Part shown: in pieces, positions 38,121-51,569 of the stretch
Layout: each line of letters starts with the position of its first letter
Numbering within the stretch: position 1 is the stretch's first letter
Assembly: GCA_030390025.1 (NCBI GenBank)
Contig: CM059432.1
Span: forward strand, 130,698,001 to 130,762,000
From: Squalus acanthias
Taxonomy: Eukaryota
Length of the DNA: 64,000 nt
Reading direction: 5' to 3'
Position numbers and translations under genes: made by a program
The notes under the pieces: generated by a model
The model's input: the letters and a program-made list of their open reading frames with translations, nothing else
What the model was told of the DNA's origin: nothing
Database searches by the model: none

Positions 38121-39686
38121 GAAATTAAAATCGGGTGGTTTCAATAATGGGCAGCCAATCTGCAACGCAAGTCTTGCGCCTGGGCAGCAAGTTAAAAATC
38201 TAGCCTGTAAATTTAAACCTGCGTCCTCTAGTTCTGTACTCGTAGTTGAAATAAAATAGCCACATCATTTATTTCTTTCACCATTTCATGGACAGGAGGT
38301 GTGGGGGCGCACTTTGTGTGTGAAGTTGAAGAAAACTTTTTTAACTGAACTGACATTGAAAATCTTTCTCGTTTAGGAAAGTAATTCTTCTTTAATATTG
38401 CACACAGAGCCAAATATACTCCAGGATTAAAAAAAAGACTACATTCATGTCACTTAGTATTATGCTAAGCAAATGACAAAATGCCTCTCAAATGTTTAGA
38501 ATCAAGAAATTTAATGTCCACCCCAAAATAGTGACAATTCTATTGTGCAATCTAAATGTTGTAACCAATTAGAACAGGTGTCAATTTCCCCTTCCATTAT
38601 CTTTCCCTTAAGCCACTGAGTTTGAACTATTTCCTATACTTAACGCATTGAGCCTGGTGCAGTGTCACATCGTCACCCTAAGCCTCATGCTGTCATTGTA
38701 CCAGCGTGCTGCCCAGGAGATGGAGCATTCACATTTTCCTGTAATTATTTTTAAATTGAAATTAAATTTGAAATGTCATTGATTAGTTTAAGGGAGAGTT
38801 TCATGGTTGTAACTCACAGGCTTATGTGATGCTACTTGTCCATTTTTAGAGGGACTCTCTCTCTCTTTGCAGTGCGCTGAGAGTTTGTGAAGTGTCTGTG
38901 CTGTGCAGAGCAAGCAGCTGTTGCTGTATAAGTGGCAAAAGCCACGGTGTCATTGTTTATGAAGTTGTTTATATAGAAAGTGTCACATGTGAGACATATG
39001 GGCCCCCATTACAAATTGAACAAAAATTGTATTCAAAAGAACTCCTGCACAGTATCCCATTTCTGCAGGATATGTGTTCCAACTTTGTCATTTCGTTAAG
39101 AATTTAAAACAAAGCTATCTTAGTAACAAAGTTTTGGTCTGGGTTGGTGATTTTGTTTTTTGAGCAGAAAACAGTAGAAATGCCACTCATGGGACCGACT
39201 GTCATGTGTGTCAGAGGTTGCGAAAGATTAATTGTGGTTTCGGTTCCATGCGTGTAACTCTAATATCTGTTAAAGTTTGTCGTGGTGGAGCAGTTTTCAT
39301 AGAGGTATTTAAAAAATTTCTAACATCCCAGAGTGTGGATTACAGCGGATTTTTAAAAAATATAGAAATATAGGTTTAATGGCCAAGGCCAATAATGAAG
39401 TCAACACCAAGACCGTAAAGTTCAGTAGAGGGGTATTTTGCTTTTCACTGAACTACAATGATAAACCTTCCTAGTTTATTAAAATCAATTTTATTTAAAC
39501 TATACACACACACATGAAAATAGGGCTCTGGGAGGAAGCTTTCCTCTGTACACTATATGCTACAAAATCAAAACCCTGTTTATGTTTTTCTGCACATGGA
39601 ATGCAGAGGGATCATCCTCTAGGTCAGAAGACCAGATAAATCGGGAAACAATGGTTAAGCGACAACAACTTTGGATTTCGAAAACT

Positions 39687-40135
39687 GAGTCTCATTCACC
39701 CATCACCCCTGTGCTCGCTGACCTACATTGGCTCCCGGTCCAGCAACACCTCGATTTTAAAAATTCTCATCCTTGTTTTCAAATCCCTCATAGCCTCGCC
39801 CCTCCCTCTCATTGTAATCTCTTCCAGCCCTACAACCCTCCGAGATCTCTGCACTCCTCCAATTCTGGCCTCTTGTGCAATTCCGATTTTCATCGCTCCA
39901 CCATTGGCGGCCGTGCCTTCAGCTGCTTAGGCCCTAAGCTCTGCAATTCTCTCTCTAAACCTCTCCGCCTCTCTAGCTCTCTCTCCTCCTTTAAGATGCT
40001 CCTTAAAACCGACCTCTTTGATCAAGCTTTTTGTCACCCGTCCTAATATCACCTTGTGTCAAATTTTGTTTGATAACGCTCCTGTGAAGCGCCTTGGGAC
40101 GTTTTACTACGTTAAAGCGCTATATAAATGCAAGA
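39687..40135 (+). mobile_element. L2 LINE 3' fragment
   Basis: SPITPVLADLHWLPV...GGRAFSCLGPKL...FKMLLKT. Confidence 0.9.
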
Positions 40136-41633
40136 TTTTGTTGTATATTGTAAAGTTTTATTCAAGGTGCTCATGCTGCACCTGAAGTTATTATTGTGCT
40201 ACAGGATTAACAGCTTACTGTTTTTTACAGTCGTATCTGGTCTTAGACTTTACAACAATGCTTTCAGGATAGAGAGCTTTAGTATTGTGAATTTCTGCTC
40301 ATCAAAGTGAGGACTCTTAGTGCTCAGGAATTTTGTGTTTCAGACATCCAGAGAACGATTTTCAACAATCAGCCGCCCATTTCTTACCTGAAAAGTGGCT
40401 GCTGGCAATTGGGAAATGGGAGGAGGGGCACCTTGGCCACCTGATTTACGCCCAAGGCCTACCTGATGTAATTTTCAAATGGGCCTGTAAATGGTCAAAT
40501 GGCACTGTCACCGCACGTAGCTACTTAAATATTAAAATTGGGGCCCTACATAGATTGCAGGACCCCAGTGGCACAAATAGACAGAGAGAGGGCGCGGTCC
40601 AGCTATTTGTACCAGGCATTGAGCGGTCTAACCAGTGTTCCTCAAAGGAAACGCTGGAAGCTGCTTTTAAAAAACACAGACATTATAAATTTTTATTTTA
40701 GTGCGGCCAGGAGGAGCAGGAGCACAACTGGCGAGCAACAGCTGGATGCTCGTTTAGCGCCTGCAGCTCTCCGGCACCATTTAAATGAGGCCTGAACCCA
40801 AAAAATGGTTTGGGTCTCTCCACACCGGCCTTGAGTGGGCAGCGCGGCCACTCCACCAAGTTTACGCCCGCTTTGGGTGGAAGTCTAAAAGATTCCCCTC
40901 GTCCACCCCCTCCCTCCCAGTGTCAAGCATTTCCCACGTCTGGGATAAGCCCAAGCCAATCCTACCATGTTTCTGAGGAAGTATGTGGTCAACCTACTAG
41001 AGGTAGTGACATTCATTCGAGAATTTTGCTTGGTGACTCACAAATACAGTTCAATAACCCTGCCAATGTTAGATATGGTCGAGCAGTCTGTACCACCCAG
41101 TCATTGAACCTCTTCCAGCACTGTGTGGCAGTTCTTGGGATGGTGGGGTCCCGATCGCAGAGGGTGAAGGTTCCCGGGTAGGCAGCGGCCCAGATTATTT
41201 ATGCGGGCAAACGGAGAAGCGGGAACAAAAGAAATTTGACACTTGCCTTTGGCAACAACATGCACTTCTATAGCGCTGTGAATGTAGAAAAACATTACAT
41301 GGCGCTTCACATAGTCATATGGGGGTAAAATGGATGGCGAGCCAAAGAGAGAAATATTTGGCGGGGTGACCAAAAGCTTGGTCAAAGAGGTGAGTTTTAA
41401 GGAGAGTCTTAAAGGAGGAGCTCGGCAGAAGAGCAAGACTAAGATCATACTGCTACTAAACCTCTAGGGATCAGTCCTTTGAGAGAATGCAAGTACAAAC
41501 TACCACTTCCAGTGAACAGCCAGGGAACACGCAGCAATTGCTGTCAACAAGCACTCTGGAAAAATGTGCTGTATTTCTTATTTAAAACTGTATTTAGATT
41601 AAAATTAAGATTATATTGATCCAATTTAATCTA

Positions 41634-41726
41634 TGTGAGAAGTCGCACAACACCAGGTTATAGTCCAACAGTTTTATTTGAAATCACAAGCTTTCGGAGC
41701 GCTGCTCCTTCGTCAGGTGAAGTCAC
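41634..41726 (-). mobile_element. Penelope-like terminal fragment (family 1, as at 14129)
   Basis: Nearly identical to the left arm of the 14125 hairpin; flanking 7-bp direct repeat TAATCTA. Confidence 0.8.
41680..41724 (-). ncRNA. Minimal type I hammerhead ribozyme motif
   Basis: UCAC-CUGACGA-A-GGAGC agc GCUCC-GAAA-GC-UU-GUGA: intact core, stems I and II paired, palindromic loopless stem III. Confidence 0.75.
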
Positions 41727-41997
41727 TAATCTACTCATTCCTACACGTTGGTCATTCACATGTGTCATTGCTGACCCCAATTGAAGGCAATGAATGGTGT
41801 TTTGCAAATATGTAATTTTTCAAAGAATATTTTCCCTTCCCTTTGGTCTTTCCAAACCACATGCCTGCCTGTATTCAGGAGAATGACTCCGGTTTCAATG
41901 AATGCTGCTTTCAACTGCCCACCAGAGGGTGCTTGGGATTGGGCATGATTCTGTTGCCGATTATTCCTCTCTTTTCAAAAAGGCTGAACATAAAAAG

Positions 41998-42283
41998 AAA
42001 AAGAAAGAAAGACTTGCATTTATATAGCGCCTTTCACGACCACCAGACGTCTCAAAGCGCTTTATAGCCAATTAAGTACTTTTTGATGTGTAGTCACTGT
42101 TGTAATGTGGGAAACGTGGCAGCCAATTTGCACACAGCAAGCTCCCACAAACAGCAAGGTGATAATGACCAGATAATCTGTTTTAGTGAGGTTGATTGAG
42201 GGATAAATATTGGCCAGGACACCGGGGATAACTCCCCTGCTCTTCTTCGAAATAGTGCCATGGGATCTTTTACGTCCATCTGA
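41998..42283 (-). mobile_element. DeuSINE 3' part
   Basis: Reverse complement of the 4620-4880 family sequence. Confidence 0.88.
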
Positions 42284-42504
42284 CAGTATCAATAGAGCAA
42301 CTTGAGGAACATTTCCAAAATTAGGGATTGCGCACAATTTACCATAAAGATTGGTACTTGAATGCAGTCAAGGAAAAATAAAACCCACAGTGTAAATGAG
42401 AAAATCTTTGGCACTTAGAAAAAAAGCATTTTTAGATATCTTGATATATCTGTTAATGCTGTACAGTACAAACACGAGGCCTACCAGATTCCCAATCAAC
42501 CTTA

Positions 42505-42900
42505 CATGGAATTACATAGAATTTACAGCACAGAAACAGGCCATTCAGCCCAACTGGTCTATGCCAGTGTTTATGCTCCACACGAGCCTCCTCCCACATT
42601 ATTTCATCTCACCCCATCGACATATCCTTCTATTCCTCTCACCCTCATGTACTTATCTAGATTCCCTTAAATCTATGCTATTCACCTCAATCACCCCATG
42701 TGGTAGCGCGTCCCACATTCTCACCACTCTCTGAGTAAAGAAGCTTTTCCTGAATTCCTCATTGGATTTATTACCGACTATGTTATATTTATGGCCCTTA
42801 GTTTTAGACTCTCCCACAAGTGGAAATATCTTCTCTACATTTACCCTATCGAATCCCTTCATAATATTAAAGACCTCTATCAGGTCAGCTCTCAGTCTTC
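42505..42900 (-). mobile_element. CR1 LINE 3' end
   Basis: MKGFDRVNVEKIFPLVGES.TKGH...FFTQRVVRMW. Confidence 0.88.
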
Positions 42901-43700
42901 TTTTTTCAGTCCAACTGGACCTCTGAAAACCTTACAATGTGGTGTGCCTAGACTTTCAAAGGGCCTTTCAGCAATAGCACAAAAGATTGTGGAGTAGATT
43001 TTCCCGACCTTCGCACCTGGGGAACACCCATTCCCCAGATGCTGAGGTCAGGAAAAAGGGGAAGGAGTCCTGTGTGGAACTCCCTCATGCTGCACTAGGA
43101 TTGCATAGAGCCTTCCCCCCCCGACTGACGGAGAGAGGCCTAGGCTCAATATATCAATGTACCAGCCTCCCGCCTGTCCTTTTTCAACAGTTATGGTCAC
43201 AGAGTGCCCAGAATCAGGGATGCACTAAGAAGCTGCAGCTTGCTTGTGCCAGGAACCCTCCTCTGATCAGAGGGTTTGGGGTGACCTGGCAACAAGGTGA
43301 AGAGGATCCCAAAGGTAAGTTTATAAATTTTTCTAACTTAACCGGGGAACCTTTGATCCTTGAGGCCTTCTGGCTGTTCAAGGTCCAGGATAGAAAATTT
43401 CACGCACACCTGGGTCTGAGCAGACACAGAAGAGAGCCAAGAAAATCAGCCATTGCTATAAAAGCTTAAATTAGTGAGAATTCAACGTAACACCCAAGAA
43501 GGGATAAATAATTGGCTGAAGTGCTGGAAATAGCAGGATGGGTAGGAGGAAGTATTGAGTCGTGTATCCCGTAGCGCAGTTTTGGGACTCCTACTGTTTC
43601 TAATCTGGAATGATGATTCATTCAGATTAGTCAAATTAATAGACAATACCAAAATAGGGAGTGAGGCAGGTTAATCTGAACACAACAATAACAACTTGCA

Positions 43701-43842
43701 ACACAATAGCAAAATACTGCGGATGCTGGAAATCCGAAATAACAACAGAAAACGTTGGAAAAACTCAGCAGGCCAGGCAGCATCCGTGGAGAGAGAAACA
43801 GAGTTAACATTTCAGGTCGAAGACCTTTCGTCAGAACTCCTC
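43701..43842 (-). mobile_element. Penelope-like terminal fragment (family 2) with hammerhead motif, inserted in an L2 tail
   Basis: GAGTT-CTGACGA-A-AGGTCttcGACCT-GAAA-TGTT-AACTC; 11-bp TSD AACAACTTGCA. Confidence 0.82.
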
Positions 43843-44083
43843 AACAACTTGCATTTATACAGCGCCTTTAATGTAGGTGCTTCACAGGGGCGTTATCAAA
43901 CAAAATTTGACACCGAGCCACATAAGGACATTAGGACAGGTGACCAAAAGCTTGGTCAAAGAGGTAGGTTTTAAGGAGCGACTTAAAGGAGGAAAGAGAG
44001 GCAGAGAGGTTTAGGGAGGGAATTCCAGAGTTTAGGGCCTCGGCAGCTGAAGGCACGGCCGCCAATGGTGGCGCGATTAAAAT
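43843..44083 (-). mobile_element. L2 3' fragment within old CR1 debris (43500-44800)
   Basis: Matches 14552-14810. Confidence 0.85.
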
Positions 44084-44800
44084 GAAAAGCCAGCTAAAGG
44101 CCTACAAAATTAAGTGGATAAAATATGCACAGGGAAGTCCAGTGGGAGATGACATTCAACATAGATAAGTGTAAAGTACTACATGTAGGAAGAAAAAATG
44201 GATGATGTATGTAGTCCATGAATGCTGTCAAAGTAGCTATGGGTAAAGTTGAAAGTTATTTGATGAATCAGCACTTAATGAATCCCATCACTTCAGAGTG
44301 GAACCAACAAAGCAAATAGAAAAAAAAGACAGACTTGCATTTCTATAGCACCTTTCACGACCTCAGGATGTCCCAAAACGCTTTACAGCCAATTAAGTAC
44401 TTTTGAAGTGTAGTCATTGTTGTAATGTAGGAAGCTGAACTATTTCGCCAAATCGGTAGAGTACAAGTCGGAGGATGTCATGCTAAAACTATACAGTGTT
44501 CTGAACAGACTGCACTTTAGGTACTCTGTCCAGTGGGATACAAGGGAGACATTCGCCTTAGAGGGATGCAGGGTATAGCCACAAGGCAGCATCAGAGAAC
44601 TAAGTTTTGAGGAAAAGTTGGAAAAACTTGAATTTCTGAACCTTGCAAGCAGGCAACTAAGCGGGTATATGGGACAGTAAATCGCATAGGAAAAGTAAAG
44701 CCAGCATTCTACTACAGTTGGACGAGGGGGCGGGGGAGGTACAGATTCCATCCGATGAAAGGAAAATTTAAGATAATGTCAGGAAGTTTTTCACACTAAG

Positions 44801-45362
44801 GGATCGATTTTGACTTTTGGCTGTCCGCCTGATTGCGTGCACTGGTCGGCCGCCTATTCCGGTGGTGAAGAGGACCCTGCGATTTTGAGGCCCTGGTCTC
44901 ATTTAAATTTGGCAGGCAAACTACGAGGCAGCAAACAGGCGTTCCAATGTAGCTTGCCAGATTGCGGTCTCAAGTTCGGACCAGGGCGACCGCCAGCAAG
45001 GTAAGTTGCGGGGGAGGGTGGGGTGGCAATGGCCCAGATAATTTTAATAATTCGACAATTACCTTTGGCGGGCCTCTTCTCTTCCATCACCCCAAGAACT
45101 GTGCAGGCTCTGACCAGCAGGCTCTGACCAGTTCCAACCAAAAATGGCAGTCGGCATCCTATTTATGCTGCAGAACCCTGATTTCCACATTAAAAAGGGC
45201 CTATCACTTGAATCAGGCGGGAGCTTTGGACACCGGGCGGTAGGCCACTTTCAAAATGGAGCCGGCTGCATCGCGGGTGTTAAGGGGGCGGTAAGGCTAC
45301 CCACCCCACTTTGAGGCCGTTACCGACCCGTTAACGCCAGGCGAAGGCAATCAAAATCGACC
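44801..45362. mobile_element. Harbinger-like MITE
   Basis: TIR core TCGATTTTGA / TCAAAATCGA; GC-rich interior shared with 22419-22920. Confidence 0.7.
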
Positions 45363-46170
45363 AGTGGATCACACTTCTGTGGAGGGTGGAAGAGCTGAAG
45401 ATGAGGAACTCCTGCAGCGATATCCTGGGACTGCGCTGACTGACCTCTGACAACCTCAGCCATCTTCCTCATCAGTAGCTACCATGTAACCTTGTCATTT
45501 TTGTTCCATATTATGTCTGTGTGCTGCCAACCTTAACACTTCCTGCAGGCTTTTAGTACATTTTCCACAGGATACCTCAGAGGCTTCACATCAACAGCCA
45601 GATGCGCCACATGTGCTTACATTAATGCAGTTAACACAGGATCGGGCCAGTACAATTAGGGCAGGTCTAATCACCCGACATTATAATTGAGTGGGTGTCA
45701 TAAATATGTTTTGTGTTTTAACATCAATGTTACACTTAATAGCTTTTGTCTTTTCAATTAGGACTATTGTTGATAAATATGGATTGATTGCAAAGTCGGT
45801 TCTCCTATCAATGTGAAAGATGGCATACACCATACATAATTAATTCATATACTTGGTACAACCTCAACTTGCCTTTAATATAGTAAAACATCCCAAGGCG
45901 CTTCACAAATTCACTCTTTTCATTTGGGGCCTCTGACTTTCTTAAATGCCCTGTTGTCTGAACAACGTTTTCATGGAAGTGACTTTCCACCTGTTGTTAA
46001 TTTTAACACCGATTTACTGCCATATAAAAAAATGAAATTCTAGACATAAATTAATTGAAACCACACTGTATTACATGAATAACCAACATGTTAATGTGTT
46101 CATATGATATGATATTTGTGTGTAATTTTAACAAAGATGTTGACCTGTTTATTTTGAATGCATTGAAAAT

Positions 46171-47795
46171 AATCTTCAGCCAGAAGTACTGAGTGGATGA
46201 TCCATCTCGGCCGCCTCCTGAGGTCCCCACCATTACAGAAGCCAGTCTTCAGCCAATTCCATTCACTCCACGTGATACCAAGAAACGGCTGAGCGCACTG
46301 GATACAGCAAAGGCCCCGACAACATCCCGGCTGTCGTGCTGAAGACTTGTGCTCCAGAACTAGCCGCACCTCTAGCCAAGCTGTTCCAGTACAGCTATAA
46401 CACTGGCATCTACCCAACAAAGTGGAAAATTGCCTACATATGTCCTGTCCACAAAAAGTGGGACAAATCCAATCCAGCCAATTACCACACCACCAGCCTA
46501 CTATCAATCATCATTGAGAGAGAAAATGATGGAAGGTGTCGTCGACAGTGTTATTAAGCGACACTTACTCACTAATAACCTGCTCACCGATGCTCCATTT
46601 GGGTTCCGCCAGGACCACTTGGCTCCAGACCTCATTACAGTCTTGGCCAAACATGGACAAAAGAGCTGAATTCGAGAGGTGAGGTGAGAGTGACTGCCCT
46701 TGACATCAAGGCAGCATTTGACCAAGTGTGGCATCAAGGTGCCCTAGTAAAATTGAAGTCAATGGGAATCAGGAGAAAAACTTTCCACTGGCTGGAGTCA
46801 TACCTAGCACAAAGGAAGACGGTTGTGGTTGTTGGAGGCCAATCATCTCAGCCCCAGGACATCACTGCAGGAGTTCCTCAGGGCAGTGTCCTAGGCCCAA
46901 CCATCTTCAGCTGCTTCATCAATGACCTTCCCTCCATCATAAAGTCAGAAGTAGGGATATTCGCTGATGCTTGCACTGTGTTCAGTTCTATTCGTAACTC
47001 CTCAGATAATGAAGCAGTCCATGCCCGCATGCAGCAAGACCTGGACGACATTCAGGCTTGGGCTGAAAGGTGGGAAGTATCATTCGCGCCACACAAGTGC
47101 CAGGCAATAATCATCTCCAACAAGAGAGAGTCTAACCACCTCCTCTTGACATTCAATGACATTACCATCGCCCACCATCAACATCCTGGGGGTCACCATT
47201 GACCAGAAACTTAACTGGACCAGCCACATAAATACTATGGCTACAAGACCAGGTCAGAGGCTGGGTATTCTGCAGCAAGTGACTCACTTCCTGACTCCCC
47301 AAAGCCTTTTCACCATCTACAAGGCACAAGTAAGGAGTGTGATGGAATACTCTCCACTTGCCTGGATGAGTGCTACAACAACACTCAAGTAGCTCGACAC
47401 CATCCAGGACAAAGCAGCCCGCTTGATTGACACCCCATCCACCACCTTAAACATTCACTCCCTCCACCACCGGCGCACCGTGGCTGCAGTGTTTACCATC
47501 TACAAGATGCACTGCAGCAACTCGCCAAGGCTTCTTCGAGAGCACCTCCCAAACCCACGACCTCCACCACCTAGAAGGACAAGGGCAGCAGGCGCATGGG
47601 AACACCACCACCTCCAAGTTTCCCTCCAAGTCATACTCCATCCTGACTTGGAAGTATATCACCGATCCTTCATCGTCGCTGGGTCAAAATCCTGGAACTC
47701 CCTCCCCAACAGCACTAGGAGTACCTTCACCACATAGACTACAGCGGTTCAAGAAGGCGGCTCACCACCACCTTCTCGAGGGCAATTAGGGATAG
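46171..47795 (+). mobile_element. CR1-group LINE family B, RT-containing fragment
   Basis: LKTCAPELAAPL, ALDIKAAFD, GVPQGSVLGP. Confidence 0.93.
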
Positions 47796-48019
47796 ACAAT
47801 GGGATTTTAGCTCAAAATGCTCATTTAGGCAAAGTTGCAGATGGTTCTAGTTTTCCAACGTAGGTTTAGAAAGGTTTATAAAGTTTTTACTCTTGGTGGA
47901 TTGAAAAGAGGAATTAGGTCGATTACCAGCTGAGCAGATGCAATTAATTTTATCCATATTGTGCTTTCTGAATAGTTACATGGTAAGCACAGATCTAACG
48001 GAAGATTGTTTAGGGCACA

Positions 48020-50270
48020 CTGACCTCCGCTCCTCACCTCCCGACGTGCACACCCATTGCCTGAAGCCTTGTTTGAGGAGTCATGGTGGTGTTAGATAGG
48101 GAATTTCAGGATATTAACCCAGTGACAATGAAGAAACACTGATGCATGTCCATGTCAGGATGGTGTGTGACATGGAGGGGAACTTGGAGGTGAAGGTTTT
48201 CCCAAAATATTGCTGAATTTGTCCTTATCGGTGGTAGAGGTCACAGGGGAAGGAAGTACTGTCGAAGTGACCCAGGTGAGTTGCTTCAGTAAATTGTAAC
48301 TGCAACCATCGTGCACTGGTTGGAAAAGGTGTGGATATTGAGTTCAGTGGCACTGGGGCTGATTAAGCAAACTGCTCTCTCCTGGATGGTGTTGAGCTTC
48401 TTGAAGGTTGTTGCAGCTGCAGTCATTCAGGTGAGTGGTGAGTAATCAATCACAGTCCTGACTTGAGCCTTGTAGATGGTGGTGAGGCTTTGAGGAATCA
48501 GGAGGTGAGCCACTCGTCAGAGTATCCAGCCTCCGTCCTGCTCTTCTGGATACCATGTTGACATAGCTGGTGCTGTTAAGCTTCTGACCAGTGGTGACCC
48601 GCAAGATATTGATGGTGGGGCTCTCGGTGATGGTTATCCTCTTTAAGGTTGGGGGAGATAGCTGTCCTTTCTGTTGTTTGTGATGGTCATTACCTGGCAC
48701 TTGTGTGGCATGAATGTTATTTGCCACTTGTAAGTCTGAGCCTGAATATTATTCATAGAAACATAGAAACATAGAAACATAGAATCTAGGAGCAGGAGTA
48801 GGCCATTCGGCCCGTCGAGCCTGCTCCGCCATTCAATACGATCATGGCTGATCATCCAAATCCAGTACCCTGTCCCTGCTTTAATCCCCACAGTACACAT
48901 ATCCCACCCTACCCCCGTAACCCCACGTATTTAATTCCCCCTAACATATCCCATCCTATCCCCATAACCCCACATATTTAATCCCCCCTAACACTAAGGG
49001 TCAATTTATCATAGCCAAATCAACCTAACCCACACATTTTTGGACTGTGGGAGGAAACCGGAGCACCCGGAGGAAACCCACGCAGACACGGGGAGAATGT
49101 GCAAACTCCACACAGACAGTCACCCGAGGTCAGATTCGAACCCGGGTCTCTGGCGCTGTGAGGCACCAGTGCTAACCACTATGCCACCGTGTTGCCCTGC
49201 AGTAGGCTGGTTCATTATTGGAGGAGTTGTGAATGGAGCTAAACACTGGAATTATCAGTGAACAGCCCCACTCCTGACCTTGTGATAGAATGAAAGACAT
49301 TGATGAAACAGTTAAAGATGAGGAACTCCTGCAGCAAAGTCCTGGGTGTGCAATGAGTGACCTCTGACAATCAAAGCCACCTTCCTTTGTGTCAGGTGCG
49401 GCTCCAGCCACTGAAGAGTTTTTCCTTTGGCACCCATTGAGCACAGTTTTTGACATCATATTCAGTCGAATGCTGCCTTGATGTTGAGGGCAGCTACTCT
49501 CATCTCCCCTTTGGCATTCTTGTCGGGATCAAGGCTATGATGAGGTCTGACACTGAGTGGTATCGGTGGAAGCCAAACTGAGAGTCAGTGAGCGTGTTGT
49601 TAGTGAAATAGGTGTTGCTTGATGGCACTATTGATAACTTCTGCTATCATTTTACTGATAACTGGGAGGAGATTGATAGGGCAGTAATTGTCCACGTTAG
49701 ATTTATCCTGTTTTTTTTTGTGGATTGCACATACTTGGACAATCTTCCACATTGTAATTTAAATGCCAGTGTCCTAGTCATACTGAAACAGCTCAGCTAG
49801 GGGAGCCGCTCGCTCTCGTGCACAGGTCTTCAGCACTGAAGACAGATGTCATCAGGGCACATAGCCTTTGTGTGCCCAATGAGCTAATTCACTTCTTAAT
49901 GTCAGGTGCAGTAAACTGAATTGGCTGGTTACTGGTATCTGTGATGCTGGTAGCCTCAGGAGGGAACCAAATCCAATTGTCCACTTGGCACTTTTGGCTG
50001 AAGTCTTTTGCACTCAAGTGCTAGGCTCCATTATGGTTGAAAAGAGGGAGATTCATGGACCACCTTCTATATTTCTCCTTTTAGTTGCCATGTTTTCCAC
50101 CACCATTCTTGACTGGATATGGTACGTCTACAGAGCTTTGCTCTGATCCATTGGTTGTGGGACTGCTTAGCTCTGTTTATAACCTTGCTGATATTGGTGC
50201 TTAGCATGCAGGTAGCCCTGTGTAGTGGATTCAGTAAGTTGATATCTCATTCTAAGGTATGGCTGGTGCT
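48020..50270 (-). mobile_element. Older, diverged family B-related LINE, interrupted by an HE1 SINE
   Basis: ITESPTINIL, KWQITFMPHKCQVMTI; colinear with 6800-9200. Confidence 0.8.
48754..49197 (-). mobile_element. HE1-type V-SINE
   Basis: Near-identical to 33819-34243 and 54420-54848. Confidence 0.92.
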
Positions 50271-50294
50271 GATCCAGATCCCTTCTGACTCAAA

Positions 50295-51128
50295 GGGCTG
50301 GATTTTCAATGACCCGTGGAGTCGGGTTTGGAGGCGGGAGGGGGGGTTAAAGTTGCAGATTCGGGGGTCCCGACCCCATCCCGCCTCCAACCCGCCTCCA
50401 TGCCAGTTTCTCTGGCGGCGGGTACCCGACCTGTTCTGAGACCCGACTCCCTGAGGCGGGAAGGGATTAGTGACAATTAACTGCCTGTTAACAGGTAGTT
50501 AACAGGCAGTTTTTTGCATAATCCCTATTTTAAAAAGAAAACTGTGGGCTTCCCGACAGGTGGCAACCACGCCAAGTTATCGGGGCGGGCCGTGGGTCTG
50601 CAGGGGTTGGAGGGGTCGATATGTCCGGTGGGCAGGTGAGTGATGGGTGCATGTGTGCAGAGGTAAGTGTGTAAGGTAAGTGCTAAGTGTTGGAAAAAGT
50701 TTTACTTACCTTAACTTCCTCCTGCAGGTGTCAGCCCTTCAGTTCTCGGGAGTTAGAAATCTCACCGGCACAGAAAGCAGGAAAGCCGTGGTTCTGTCAG
50801 AAACTGCAGCCTTCTGTTTTCTGTGCTGGAATGATTTCTAACTCAGCCTGAGAGGAAGGACTGAAGTTAGAAATCATATTGTGAGTGTTTGACAGCTTCA
50901 CAGAGCTGTCAAACGCTGATATTTCATCTGTCAAAAGCTCTTGACAGATGAAATGTCAGTCTGTGACGTCACCTGTTGCCGGGTGGCCCTTAATTGGCCT
51001 GCTGAGCCCACTGGGCGGGCTCAACAAGGTCAATCAAGGGAAAATATAGTGGGTTGGCCACATCTCGATGGAGGCGGGTTCACAAGCCAAAATGTGTGAT
51101 TCCCGACCCCAGATTCAAAATCCAGCCC
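50295..51128. mobile_element. Harbinger-like MITE (834 bp) with internal hairpins
   Basis: Perfect TIR GGGCTGGATTTT; 3-bp TSD AAA. Confidence 0.85.
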
Positions 51129-51569
51129 AAAAGGTCAGTAAACATGACAGAGAAAATAAAAATTATTGGCCTGTTCTGAGTGCGTTGTGTTGTGTCAAAA
51201 TTTCCATTTGCATCATGAGAGGAAGACAGATTGGATGTAAATTCACACTTCCAGCATGGAGCCTTTAATGAATGAAAAATCCTTTAGGCCCTGGTGACCT
51301 TTGCACTCAAATTCCTGAGATGTGCTCTCGTTGGGCAAAGGTCCGTGCCAAGAGAACAAATTCATAAAATATATACTTCAGTATCAAAAGTGATGAATAG
51401 GACGACACTGTTGCAGCAACCCCGTTCCATGACTCAATAAATGCAGCACTTGGTGTCCTGCTGAACTACACCGATCAGAAAAATCTCAGATTTAATCTGT
51501 GGTCTATGATGTGTCAGTTGAGAGTGGCAGTGGGGCACTGCGGTTGGCTTCTGTGTTTATCAGGCTTTA

